Assembly (NCBI GenBank): GCA_907165135.1
Contig: OU015568.1
Coordinates: 8,246,001 to 8,310,000, forward strand
DNA from: Oikopleura dioica
Lineage: Eukaryota > Animalia > Chordata
Length of the DNA stretch: 64,000 nt
Direction: 5' to 3'
Position numbers and translations under genes: made by a program. Below are positions 27,212 through 40,697 of this stretch, in pieces; positions within the stretch are counted from its first letter, which is position 1, and each line of letters begins with the position of its first letter. Below the pieces are notes generated by a model, which worked only from the letters and a program-made list of their open reading frames with translations, did no database searches and had not been told where the DNA came from.

Positions 27212-27415
27212 TAAAGGGTTAGCGCATTCCGGGCGAACCCGTTGAACTTTGATACTGATCAGTGGGACGTTGCGCGCGCAGTGCCAGTCTCGGCTGGTCA
27301 GTTGTCTCTCGAATAAAGTAGAAGCAGCAGCTAAAATACTAGAATTGTTGTCTTTTATTCCCAGGAGCTAGAGTCTCAGTGGGAGAGTGTTTCCAGCAGA
27401 TGCATTGACCCTTTA
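27212..27415 (+). repeat. 3' LTR (204 bp)
   Basis: Preceded by PPT aaggggagg, followed by TSD. Confidence 0.92.
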
Positions 27416-29063
27416 TAGTCGATATCTTCAGGCTCATCAGGAATTGCGAGTCTGTCAGATGCCCATGGCGGCATGATCAGTTGAGAATAACTTTAATTTT
27501 TTAAGACTTGAGTCTTCTTTGGTGATAGAATCACCTGTGAACGGAAATCTGAGCATGCATATCTCCTCCTCCTGCATTTCTCAGCGCCATGAACCAATCT
27601 TTCCAGATATTCGCCTCTCTTGTAGTAAAAGGCGCGCTCCCAGCGTATCCAAAATGGCATGGATTTGGACTTCCTCCTTCAGTAAGATGACCAACAGGGA
27701 ATTGTCGATTCACGTCTGTTCCGATACACTGGGATCCGTCGTTCGGCTCTCGATTCTTTCGCCACATTCGATCGTGATCAAATGTGTACTGATACCCGTC
27801 GGGGTTCATTGAAACGATGATGTACCAGTTGTGCTCGAGGATGTCTAATAGATCTTGCATGGAAAACGATGATGGAGTTAAATCCACGCCATTCTTTGCC
27901 GATCTGAGCATGTGGATAAAATATCGACAAGTGGAAGGAGTAATCCATTCTCGAGCGTGGATGTTGCATTCGATGAAAACTTTCTTCTTATCACTAGTTG
28001 GATCTTGGTCGCCAAGATGGACACCGTATATTTTTCGACCTTCGATGGTTGTTCCAATGACTTCTGAAGACATCAACTCTTCATCAGAATTCTCTGAAGT
28101 CGGGTTTCAGAATTTCTGAGAAAGTTATCTTGATGAAAATCAATTTTATGAGTAATCAATCTTAAACTCTGCCTAAAATCCATTCTTCCAACTGAGGATA
28201 GGTCAAAAACTGATCATATGGGTACGAAGCGCCTCGAAGTCCTTGAGTTGCTCTTTTCTGCTCGACTTTTTGCTCATTTATGATCTTTCCTGCGTCATCG
28301 ATGAGTGTTTTAATTTCACTAAAGCTCCCAACTTGCTCACGAAACAGCAACGCTTCTTCTTCCGAAACCATAAAATCAACCGCCTGAGTGTACTTAATAT
28401 TCTCCAATGATTCTGGCTCCCAGAGATTCATCGTTTCAAAACGCTCAAGAAGCGATCCAACAATTTCTGTCTGCTCTGAGTCTTCCCATGATGCTCTTAG
28501 GACCTTGAATCTATCATAATTCTTCTCTGCTACAGCGAAGCCGAAGAGGACTAGAAACGCTAGCCTCATTTTTTATTGAAAACAAGAGTTTTTTTTTGAG
28601 CAAAGAGAAAACCTGCATCTGCGCAGTTCTCAGGAAATTCTGTTTTTTTTTTTAATTTTCAAAATTTATTATTGTACAATTATTTAATCAAAGAATTGCA
28701 ACAGGCTATTTTTGGAATGAAATCAGCGTGGAAGAAAATTCGCAGCGTGACCGGTTTTTGGTTGTACAGTTAGTAACAGGAAGCGTGAATATTTCAAGAA
28801 AAAGGGTTGAAAAAACGAAAAGGGAGGAAATATGTCACATGATGTTAATTTTATGTTCGTATTCAGAAGACAAAAAGAGAGGTCGCTTTTTTTTGAGAAG
28901 TATGATTTCGTAGTTTTTGAGTTTTCGGATTTAAAAAATTATTTTTTTCGGACTTTGAGTTTTGAATTTTTCGGATTTCAGGAAATTGTTGAAGACGATT
29001 TTTGCCCGTCAGAAGCATTCGTAGGCACTTTTCCTAACTGTAATTGACTGAGTCAATTTGACT

Positions 29064-30914
29064 CTACATTACAGTGCAGCATCCCCCACTTTCTGGCTTG
29101 TCGGAGCTTCCTTTGAGCGCTTCCTTGGCGGCTCGCTCGAACACTTGTTGGACATTTTCGTCGTTGAGGGCAGAGCACTGGATGTGAGCGACCGCCTTGA
29201 TCTTCTCGGCCACCTCGTCGCCCTGCGCCTTTCTGAAAAGAAAAATAATTTACATCTCAAGTCCAAATCGAAGTCGACAACTTCAAAGACACTTTTGATC
29301 AGCGCACATTATTTTTAACAAGCGAGTTATCATTAAAGAAACGAGTTTTAAACAACTCGATAATTGAGTTTCAAACGCGTGGACACCCTACTGTATTCTC
29401 AAGGTAAAGAGAATTTTCACAATACCAGAGGATCATCCTCTTTGACGGCCGTTTTCTTTTTGGTATGTGGATAAAACTTACGTGACGGTTTGAAGAGTGT
29501 CCGAAGCGAGGTCAAGTTTATTTCCAATCAGTAAAACTGGCGTCTTCGGACAATAGTGGCTGATTTCTGTGATCCAATTTTCAGTGACGTTGTGGAGTGA
29601 TGCGGGCGAGTCGATCGAGTAGCAAATTAACGCTACGTCTAAAATACAATTCTCAGTAAAGTATTCCAAAGCAATGATGTTCTTATTTAGTAAATTTGAT
29701 AAAGTTATTATTAAAAGCCTATCCAAGAGTTTCAACTAGGAAATAATTTTGAATATACTTTACTTGCATTATTGTAGGCTAGCGGTCGAATCTGATCGTA
29801 TGCTTCTTGCCCAGCCGTGTCCCATAAGGTCAAGTCAATAGGCTTTCCATCTACCTAAACAAATAAAGTCAATTTTTATAAAGTCAAAAACTTGAAAGAG
29901 ACCATGACATTTGCCGAGGCGCGATTCTTTTTGAAAGCATTTATTTTTTCAAAAATCAAGAATTAAACTTGACATTTTAGACTTTCATTTTTGTGTACGT
30001 AGATGTGGATACCCTTAATCCCAAAAGTAGACTTCAATCACCCTTAAAACTTGTGCCCTCTGGGCCCGGTGTTGTCGAAACCTAAATGTATATAAGCTTT
30101 TATTTGTTACACGCAAGAGCGAAGTATAAACAGCCGGGACACCCTTAATGAGTCTAGAGTGCCACTCAAAAAGTAGACCGGAGATGCGGTTTTCTTTATA
30201 TTTGCCCGGGCAAGTTTTATATTTGAGCGGAGTCTTTATTTTTTGACGAGCGAGACGTAAAAATTCCATTGTTATGGTGACAGCACTCCGATTTCCTGAC
30301 CATTTATGAAGCAAACAAAAGGTCTGGTTTTGAGTTGCAATAAATTGTTAAAGATTTTCAACTGAAAAAAGGCCATCAAAAATCATCCAAAATTTGAAAT
30401 AAACCGAATTTAATTAGGATATTTCACTTCCGAAATCACTTGAATTAGACTATTAAACCTCTTTGTCATGTGACGTAAGAAAAAGCCTGACAAGTAAGAA
30501 GACAGCATCGTTAATTATACTGTCAGAACAGAGTGGGCATTTGGAATTACCGAGATCTCTTTTGCGCGATTTTCGAAGATAGTCGGGATGTAATCAGGCT
30601 CAAATCTTTCTTCGGCAAATCTGATCAGCAGACAAGTTTTTCCACATGCTTTTAAAAGGGTTAGATTTACTGCTAGACAAAAAAATAAATAAAAATTCTA
30701 AAAAGTCGTACTAAAATTATCGTCAAAATGACCAAACTTGAGTCATAAAATGTCAATAATGCCTTTTCAAGAAAGAAAAATCGACAATTTAGGGCTCTTT
30801 TGAGAAGCTTTACCAACAATTTATGCCGAGAAAATTAAAAAGTTGAATTGAATTATGAACCCTTCCTCCATCGCCAACAACGACGAGTTTCTTCCTGTCC
30901 GTCGTTGAACTCAT
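29064..30914 (-). CDS. Rho-family small GTPase (RhoA-like), multi-exon
   Basis: [10 protein letters not shown]|[48 protein letters not shown] box CCTVM. Confidence 0.93.
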
Positions 30915-33900
30915 TTCTCAATAGCCAGGTGTTTCAAATTTCCGCCGCTCCTCGTTCGCTTCTTATTTTTCCTCTAAAGGTTCTCCACTTGAAATTGCCT
31001 TTTCGCCGCTTATATAAATTTCCCCGAAAAAAAAGTGCTTTTTTTTGGAAGATGGCGATCTTGGATCTCTGGCTATTTTTTTCGTGAGTCACACACAGGC
31101 GACTGGTCTCTTTTTTCCCTCCTGAGTAGGTGAGGTAGCTGATTATTCACTTTGTCAACGGCGAAATAGGGTGGGTACGCCCCTTAGCCACCGTAGATGC
31201 AGACGAACACGACAGTTAGATCTTCTGGATTGGCAGTGATCCGGACAGACTGATGAATGGTTCTGTAGGTTTATTATTGTATATCTTGACAGAAGGTCGA
31301 CCTGGATGATCTAATTTAAACCCTCCGTCTTAAAAATTAACCAAAAATATGCTGAAGAAGATGAATTTTTAACTTGTTGAACTAGTAGCTGATATATTCA
31401 TCTACTTTTACGCAATAAAAATGATGAAAATCAAATATCTGTTCGAGCAATTAATTCCTAATCGACGACGAGAATCGGGATAAAAGTCTGAAAATCATAT
31501 TTTCCCAATTTCATTTTCTATTCCAATAGCTTCAAAAACAGCTCTGCACTTCTTAGTCAACTATTTTTACTAAAGCACCAGTTCCTTTCTCTTTTCAGCA
31601 AAAATATCTCTTTTTCGAAATAAAATATTAGTACAATTGTCGATTGTCAGCAAAACTGATACTTTCCTCAAGTGAATTGTTTTAGTTCGTTGCTCGAGGA
31701 GTCTATCTAAATTGCTCGACCGTAAAGAAACATAATGTTTGACGTGAATAATGGCTATCTGACGTACAATGCTAGTTATTTTCCTACTGTCATAAACATG
31801 CCTCTTTATGGGTTAAATTTTCATTGAAAAATAATAAGGTCTAAGGCTAAAAAATGGTTAAAAATATTGGGAGAAGGTCAAGAGTCAGACGAGTATAAAT
31901 TTTCAGACGGTAGAAAAATGCGTTTCGAGGGGCGCTTGAAAAAGAATGTGAAATATGCACGAGTTAGGATGTTCTTTTTATCCGGAGTGGTTGGGTCAGG
32001 CGCCTTCCCTTATGCAAGTGAGCCGGTGTTTATCCAGCTAACTTCCTCTAGAATGCTGTTGCCCATTCCTTGTACGGCCATTTCCTGGATTTATTTACTT
32101 TTAGTAAGCATTTCTTTTGTAGGAAGCAAGTTGAATTGAGTTGAGATCAAATTTTGGTGCTTTCTGGCCACGTAATTTCATCCGAAGAGAATCTATCAAT
32201 CATCGTATTTTCTTTAAAATTGCGCATCAAGTTTCTATCTTCAATTTTTATTTTTGCTTTTGCGGGAAGATAATTTTAAGATTTTCAATCAAGAACCTTT
32301 CGTTTTTCGACAGAATTAAGGGGGTAGCGATCGAAAAGTTTTTTTTTCGCGGAACCCTATATTTTGACCAGAGCTGAAATTTTTACCTTGGATAGTCAAT
32401 TATTTTAGTAAATAAATCCTTGAATCAAGAACTTTGGTGAATATTTTTGTGAAAATAATTATTTCGTGAGAATATTTAATTGATGAATACACTTTTCAGA
32501 CGGCGGCTTTCCAAATTGATAAGTTATTTTCTCATCAATGCGCAATGTTATTGTGCATTCCGCAGAAAACATCGATAAGAAAACTAGTCTTTCTTCACAT
32601 CCCACGGTTCTATCCACGTCAATCTAACGACATCAATTGGGGCAATAGAATTTATGCGTCGATTTTTGATAAAAAAATGATGAAATTTACTGTCAATATT
32701 TGCATCTCATCATATTTTAACATCTTTACTGTACTTTATGAAACTACAGTCATTAAGAAATAGAATCGGTAACCTCCTATAACGCCGTCATCTGTTGCCA
32801 CCCTAAAAAATCGGCAAAGGCCAAGGGCGAGCGAAATTAGCCCCCAACGGGATAGCCAGCTCCTGGTTGAAAACTCCTGGTGTGAAAATTTATCCCCACA
32901 GCGGGTGTATTTACAAATCCGCCCGGCGGGGTCAGTTGTTTTGCCACGTCCTCGGCGGGAGCAAATTTGAACTTTTTAAAAAACTCACAAAGGCGATAAA
33001 ATTTTCCAAGTGGTTTCATATTTTTGCGCCTTACCAGTAGTCAGTCCAGTTTTCAATAGATCGATCCAAGACCATTTTTATTCGTGGAAAACTAAAATAA
33101 GTTTGAAAAATTTTCCAGCCTAAAATAGAATCATTGATTTGTTACAGTCTATGTCAGCTGATTTAAAAACGGAGCTGCTCCAATTTGCGTGAATTCGGTC
33201 GAGTTGCATCTGCTGCCAATTGATGTCTATTGGAGGGTCATTTACCCAGTGTCGGGAATTTTTCACCGTTGCCGGGTCATTAAATCTTTTAGGACACGCC
33301 ACTCAGGCCACACAATGGCCGCCTATTATGCGATTTTTTATGGAAGCACAGACCTCAACAAAATCTTTTTCACGCTCTTCAAATCTGCTTGCTAAGTTGA
33401 TTTAAACTATCGAAATAAATAGATTTTAGCTTTATCAAGAGCGGAAATGAAATTTGAAAAGCCGCTCTTCAAAATGCTCGAAATGCCATTTTTAATTAAT
33501 TAAATTAATTCGCCTTGATTAGGAGTAAAAAAAAGGATAACATTTTCAAGCCGCCTATTATTTCAGCAAGGGCGGTCTCGGTTACTTAACCCCCTTTTCG
33601 GTATTTTCACGGTGGGTTCACTCAAGACCGCGGACCTAAGCACAAGCCCGTTAAACTTTTTAGACGTCAAGACGTAGCGACTTTCCTGGGGGAGAAAAGT
33701 AGCTTTCTAAAAAGGAAAGATACTCATCATTTTCTTCTCTCCTTGGCCTGGAAAAAAGATAGAACCTCTGTTCAAAACAAAAATAATAGTAATAAAAAGA
33801 CGAATCTTTCTTCGATTATTTTCAAAGCCTAAGAAAGATCTTCTTAGATTGAAGCATGCTTTCTCCAAAAGTTAAGAGAACTAAAACGATAATGAATACA

Positions 33901-36900
33901 TGCTGAGGTAAACTAAGAGCAAGAAAGAGTTCCTTAGCTCAAGAGTTCCATAGTCCATAGTTGGTCTTGGTGGTTGGTAAATTGATGGTGGACCGCCGTG
34001 GCGCGCGGTAGTTGTCTAGCGCACCCTAGCCACCCCCGCGCACTGGGGCCCCGCCGGCCACGAAGGGCAAACGCGAGCCGAGAGCCACGACTACACAATC
34101 AACACGCCACGATGCCAACTCTCACACAGCATCTCACACACACACATAGCCGCACACGATAGATAGATCCACGCAGGGTCCTTCACCTTAGTTGAAAACA
34201 ACGAGGAGTACCACTTTAGAGAGCTCAAAATCAGCAGAGAATTCTGACAGAAGCCAACTTCCTTCAGAGACCCTTACCGTACCCGCTGCTCCTCTTAACT
34301 CTCATTCATCGCTAGAATTAAGGGGAGCAGCGTGAAGGGTCTCCTCCAATGGACTATCGGTGATTTTTCGTTAGGCAGTGAGTTGATAGCGCCCTGTAGA
34401 GTGGGTTTAGCAACTAAACGAGGCCTATCCTTACTCGCCACAACGAAGCGCTGAATGCTCGACTGCCGCATTTATTTACATTACGTAATAACCCCCTTTC
34501 CTTGCTTCGTTTGCAGCTGACCTTAGACCCGGGCGAATAATTGAGTTATCCAAACTGGAGAATGCAAAATAGCATTATTGCCAAAGCACTTTTTATTTCA
34601 GGCGATGTTTTGGCAACTCAACAATATCGCTGCCGCGTCGCTTAGAAACTCTTGTCGAGAGCCTTAGTCTCGAGCTCGTGTAAAGGAGAGCTCACTGGCG
34701 TCGATTTTTTTTAACTACCGGCGTGGCATTTTTTAAGGGTGGCTCGTTTTCTTCTTTTGTTTGAGAGTTGATCAACTTGAGTTTACACTTTTGCCGGCAG
34801 CGTCTCTCAGTCCGCCGAAACGTGGCAAGGGTCAATCGAGTGCTGCACTGCTGAAATTGTCATTGTTGACACTGAAACCCTTAATTTCAGGCTAAGCTAA
34901 GGGGAAAGGGTTGAAGATTGAAATGGCTAAACATGTCAAATTTCAAATTAGGATTAGTTTTGAAGAGAAAATAGGAGAAAAACCCTTTCGGTTTATCGCC
35001 CTCTACCCCCTTAAAATCTTTTGTAAAGCCTGATTTCTATCTATTTTAAGGGCTGATTGAAGGGAATCCCTTGGAAAATTAGCAGTTGTATGGTATTATG
35101 TCTAAATAAATCGCAAGTAAGCATTTGTTACGTAAGAGCGACCTTAGACTCGTCCCAAAGCCGGTATTGAGATTCTCAAGGAATGAATTTTTCATTTCAA
35201 AGAACTCCATTCCGCTTGCAGCTGGACACGTTCACACAGGCACAACTGATGTTTCCGCACTGTTTCAAGTGTTCCTGAAATATAGGAATTTCTTTAGGGA
35301 CTGCATCGATTGCACAGTGACTTTTTCACCAAAGAGGTTAATTTGGTTTCTACTGAATTTTCTTGCAAAAGAGATTTCTCTTTCTTTTGCTCTTGGCGTA
35401 TTTTGGCAGTTGGCCAGAGTAGAGTCAAGTAAGCGGGGCTCAATTTTATTTAATTCAGTGATCAATATCCGGAATAGCAATTACTAAAAAGGGTCGATAA
35501 CGGAAGAGTTAATGAGCCGGGGCCCACTGAACCACAGAATACTTCAAGTCAAAGTGGGGAAGTGTGAATGCACCTGCAACCGGCCTCTTCAACCGCTGAA
35601 TCGCGAAATCGCGGCAAAAATGGTCGAAATTATCGACGCAGCTTATGTGAACCGATCCTTCAAACGCTCAGTTTGCAATAAAGTTTCGGATTTATGTCTT
35701 TTTTGATAGATTTTTGGCCAAAAAAACGGTCAGTTCCAAGAAAGAAGCTTTTCAAATCAGCTCATTTCGAGGGTTTTTTCCCATTGCAATTTCTGTCGGA
35801 CGAGAGTGGGCTTCGAGTGGTGAATTCAACTGCCTTGCTGGCCAACAACTTATACAATAGGAGTTTTGTTTCCCAAATAAACAGAATGTCACCCACCGGT
35901 CGTGGTTCTAACCCAGCGCCGCCAATCGCCGCAGCATTTTTAGATACGCGCTACATTCGCGCGCTCGTGTTTTTGAAACATTTTGCTTTCAACAACTTGC
36001 AACAAGAATCACCTAAAAAGCCCTGCCTAAACAGGACGTCACGTGACAGGGAAATTAATGGCCGTCTTCTAGCCGTTTTCTGTTGACGTTTCGAATTTGA
36101 CATTTTGATTATAATCTAAGAAAATATCGCACGCTTTCTCAAATTTATTCAAATGCTATCCGCCTCATCAGCAATTCTGGACTCGTTTCGCTGCCTAACT
36201 AGTGCTTTTCCACTCTTCAATATACCCTGAATTTGTATTTTTACGGATGGACAAGAAAAAAATGGATATTTTTTAACCAAAAAGGTCGAAAATTGGGCCG
36301 GTAATTGTGGATTTTTAGAAATAAATGAATTTTGTTCATTTCAAGAGGAGAGCCTTAAGAATTCTTGTTCATAAAAAAGTTCGCAGCTGGTAGTTTTATT
36401 TTGACGACATGTTTACTGCTGCCGGTAATAACTCAGAAAAAAACCAAGTCTACGCAAAAATCTTAATCAAGCTATAAAAGCTCAAAAACCTTCAACCTTT
36501 TGGAAAAGAAACCCCCCTTTGTCTTGCCACTCGATTGTGGAATCGAATCGAGCTCAAAGAAATCCGCCGCGGGAAAAGCTTCCTTTTACAAACAGAATTT
36601 TTTTGTTGCTGAGAGTCATGATTTTCCGGTCTAATTTTAGGGAGAAAATAGGGCGCTTCCGCCCTTTATCTTTTTCATAAAGAAAGATGCTCGATTTTCA
36701 GCACTCATGTGTGAAAAAAGGGATCATAATCATTAGGACTCTTTATGGGTATCCATTGATCTGTTCCACATTGACTCTGTCTGACTGTAATAAACATTGC
36801 GTAATGGACTTTCTCGCCGGGTTGGTTTTCGGCAAAAGTATTCGACTAATCCATCTTTGAAATAAATTTGCAAGATGCTAACTTTGATCGATCAATAAAC

Positions 36901-37160
36901 AAGGATAAGTAATCACGTTGTTAAATGTGCAAGTTACTCGCCCCAGCGGGCAGGGCACCTCTGAGCACACCAAACATCTTTCCAAACTAGCAAATTTGGC
37001 AATCTTTTTCATATTGCGATATTGGAAAAGTGTCATCAGCTGACCCCCGATATTTCATATTTCAGAAGGCATTGATTTTAACACATTTTTTTAGGGGCAA
37101 GCGGTCCAAAAACTGATTTATTGAGCTTTCTCTCTTTTAGAAAATTTACCTAGTGACACC

Positions 37161-37282
37161 CGTCGTAATTATCTATTTAAGCCGACTACTAGGACACTAA
37201 TGTAAACACCGGAAGGTCACCGGATGTTATTCTCTTCCGGTAAACTTCCGGAAAAGAATAACATCCGGTGACCTTCCGGTGC
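37161..37282 (+). repeat. Left terminal inverted repeat with internal 75-nt hairpin (37207-37281)
   Basis: CGTCGTAATTATCTATTTAAGCC...; one mismatch versus reverse complement of 62331-62452. Confidence 0.95.
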
Positions 37283-39055
37283 GTATGGTTAAACTTCCTG
37301 TTATGAAAATAAAATGAAAACATAAACAAAAAAAAAAGCATTCGTCTTCATCGTCTTCTTCTTCCATCGTCTATGAACTTTTTCCACGTGACCATATAGT
37401 TTCTAGAATAATTAAAAGCATATATTTTTTATTTTATAAACAGCATTCTTATTAATTTATCGTCATGACTAACTTCCCGATTCCTTGTCCGATTTGTAAC
37501 GAGCAGGTAACCAACAACCGAATAAAGGGGGATCACATGGAAAAGGTTCATAGGCAGGGTCTCCGCGAAAAACCTTAACCCTAGCCGGCCAAAAATGATT
37601 TTTCTCGGGTACCAGTCAAGATACTCCATATTTGGCGTCAGGGATTTACCTGCAAATAAGAATATACAAATGATAAAGGTCAAATTATATGGTCTTGGGG
37701 AATTAGAGTAAAGCCTGTCTATCAAGATGTAATAGAAAAAAAACCGCTCCAGAATGATTTTCTAAGAAAATTTACGTTTAATATTGTGAGGTACTTCCGC
37801 GTAGACCCTAATCAAAGACGATGGCGAAGATACCAAATTTGGGTGCGAGAAGACGATGAAAGCGACGAAATAGAATGCAGGATAGATTAAAATTTTACTT
37901 TTACCTTAGTGGGTCAGGGAGCACCATCTATGGATCACTGGTCAAAAAATCAGCACTTAGGACGAAGTGATTTTTAACTTAAAAAAAAGAAAGAAACTGT
38001 CGGGTATTTATCGATTAGCTACCCTTTTGCCACTTAGCAACTATTCTCACTTAGGGTTAGGCTTAGGAAACAGCCTTACTTGGAGAATTACTCCATGCAT
38101 AATCTTCGATCTCTCAGTCCTGACTCGTGGTTCCAACCTGGGCTCGGCAACCTGTGTGGAAAACCTGAGTCAGGTCCGAAAGCTCTCTCCAAAGTTCAGA
38201 ATAGATAAGATAGGTAATTATACGTCGACTAGTATAATAGTCTAGTCCTCTTCTAGTTGGATGACTTTATCCGATGCTGAAACCAAAACCCAAATCCAAA
38301 CCAAATTTTAATCTCAGACAGATGGAACTGGGACAAGGATACCCAAGCGTTCCGCGAACGAAGGCGAGGACGTCGAACTGAGCTCGACATGAGCGAAAGG
38401 AACGGTGATAGAGATTAACTCTGCGTGGAAAGGAAAATTGTATGTGTAGTATATTAACCTTTTCCCGCCAGGGTGCATCTTGACAAAAATTACTTTTTCC
38501 GAGAAGTACTTTGACTTTTGCAAAAGTTAAAATTTGTAGAGCTACGTTTTGTTTCCAAATTTCCTGAGTCCGAATTTCCGGACATTTTTTGGATTTTGCG
38601 GTTTTTTAAGTGGGACACTGCAAAATCGACCATGGTCAGAATTTCTGGGCAGATTCAAATTATTTTTATCCGTATACCATCATTTTTAGAATAAAAATTT
38701 TAGAGGCTCATATTTCAAGCGATGCGCCTCCTGTCGTGCATTTGGCAGATTGACTTTAGAAATTTTTGTTATAATGATCAAACGCTTTTCTTGAATTTCT
38801 GAAAAACTCTTAAAACGACGCTTTAAATAGCTTTGAGGTATACATAAAAATAATCAGCTAAGTCTCATTTTTTTTAAAATGAAAACAATCTTGATCAAAA
38901 GTCTATCGAATATCTAGCAACTCTTAAATCTTCAATCTAGAATATCGATTTCTCACTCTTCCTTAGAAATTTCGTTTATGTCGCTGGAATCAAACATTTG
39001 TGCGTTGAACAAGAATTGTATTTGGAAATTTTACTTCCGACGGAAGGCGCGGCGC

Positions 39056-40530
39056 ATGGCAACTCATGCGTCGCAAGTTGTAAGCGCACTGATCTCGCCG
39101 ATAAAACTCGACAAAGATAAGGAAACTTCATCAGATATCAAATTGAAAATGTTCGATCTACCTTCTAATCCTGACGGCATCGCCCAAGCTTACAACCTAA
39201 CAAACCAATTTATACTTTTACTGGGAGCACTCTGGACTACTATCAGAGACCAATACATTTTGGCGGTCGATAAAGAGACCTATCTTCGTCGAATTCGTAA
39301 GTTATTCTTGTTCCACTACTATCAATCATCTCATTTTTAAGGTGGTCTTCTCGACCATTTGGACTTTGACATGCCCCTTGTGGCAAGACTCGAAGACATG
39401 ATTGAGAACTCAGACGGAGAAATTGACATTGACGATTCCAGCGACGCATCCTCCTCCTCCGAAGATGACTCTGATGATGATGAAACCTACTATCCTAGCT
39501 CTCCTCCAAAAACAAGATGTAAGAGTCAACGTTCAAGCAAATTCTTGATTGTTTTTTTAGCTGCCAAACGAAGATTGTTCGAATCTGATGAGCCGGAACA
39601 AAAGCGACCAAAAATTGACCAGCTCGATCAGCTTGAAAATGATGAAGTTGACAATGGAAGCGATAATGGGGAAGACATCGACGCTGAGGCTGAAGAGGAC
39701 GACGCTGCTGGAGATTCTGACGTTTTTGAAGCTGACGACGCAGCTGAAGAAAACGACGCAGCTGAAAGCAACGATGATAGCGGCGCTGATACTGGTCCTG
39801 ATAGCGAGGAAGAATGGGCGACTCGTCCAAAGTCGCAAAAGAATCAACTTTGGACTCAAACGACCTGGGACATGTGCCAACCTTCCACGAGTCGAGCATC
39901 AATGTTCACACCGCCGCCGACGCCTCCTCCATTTGACTCTCCCCGTCCTCAACCATTTGAGTTTCCTTCTCCGGCTGGACGACCATCTGTTATTCAATCT
40001 CCTCGGGTTCCCGAATTCCGACCGATTTCCATTCAACAAATGATGGCTTCAGCAATCCCAACAAGTAAATATTTTTATTTAAGCTTCTATTAATTTTCAT
40101 CAAGTTGATTTGACTGGAGATTCGTCTTCCGACGATGACGATCAAGTTGTCCCAGGTAATTTGAACTTTCGAATCCCTCTCTAACAATTATCTAGCGATA
40201 GACATTGCCTACGCTGATAGTACTTTCGACTCCTTGGACGGCGAACAATTCCAGCAGATCGTCGATGAGAACGACGCTCAAGCAAGAGCAGAAGAAATCC
40301 GTCAGCTGCAATCGGAGCTGGAGAATCCGTCAAGAGGAGGTACTCCTGATACGATTATCGATGCTTGCTTATCGCCGTATCTTTTAGGGGAGACTCTGGA
40401 CACAGCACTCAGCATGGGACTCATCACACGAGAAACTACCGAGTTCATCGACGAAGTTGCTGAGATGATGGAAGACGAAGAAGATCCTCCCGCCACCGTG
40501 ACGCCAGAAAAAACCTTTACTGAGCTTTGA
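39056..40530 (+). CDS. Polinton accessory acidic protein (~435 aa, 5 exons) with RxL, SP/TP sites and SIM-like motif
   Basis: GT-AG introns 39297-39341, 39519-39560, 40065-40104 and 40156-40195 join into one open frame. Confidence 0.7.
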
Positions 40531-40697
40531 ATTCCTTCCTCTTTGCAAACTCTTCTGTTTCCTTACTTCCGGTGATTTAGTTTCTTTCAATAAACATGCT
40601 TTGGTGAACTTCCGTTGTTTTTTTAGCACTGATTTGAGGCATTGATTTAGGGCATAAAAATGAGCTTGATAGCTCAAAAATTATCATTAAAAAAAAA

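Larger units (their letters stand above)
24139..27415 (+). mobile_element. Ty3/gypsy-type LTR retroelement, internally deleted (no RT, RNase H or integrase core)
   Basis: Two identical 204-bp LTRs; TSD TAGT (or ATAGT); PBS TGGTGTCAGAG; PPT AAGGGGAGG; single gag-protease ORF. Confidence 0.92.
23824..28569 (-). pseudogene. M14A carboxypeptidase paralog 2, coding exon disrupted by LTR element
   Basis: MRLAFLVLFGFAVA signal; ECNIHAREW, WRKNR, DVNRQF; codons GAT ATC GAC TAT|CAA AAG (DIDY|QK) split by insertion 24139-27415; C-terminus [13 protein letters not shown]. Confidence 0.88.

Noticed and set aside
32490-33475. Possible degenerate TIR pair (ttttcagacggcggctttccaaatt / aatttgaaaagccgctcttcaaaa)
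   Set aside because: Short, AT-rich, several mismatches and no TSD found
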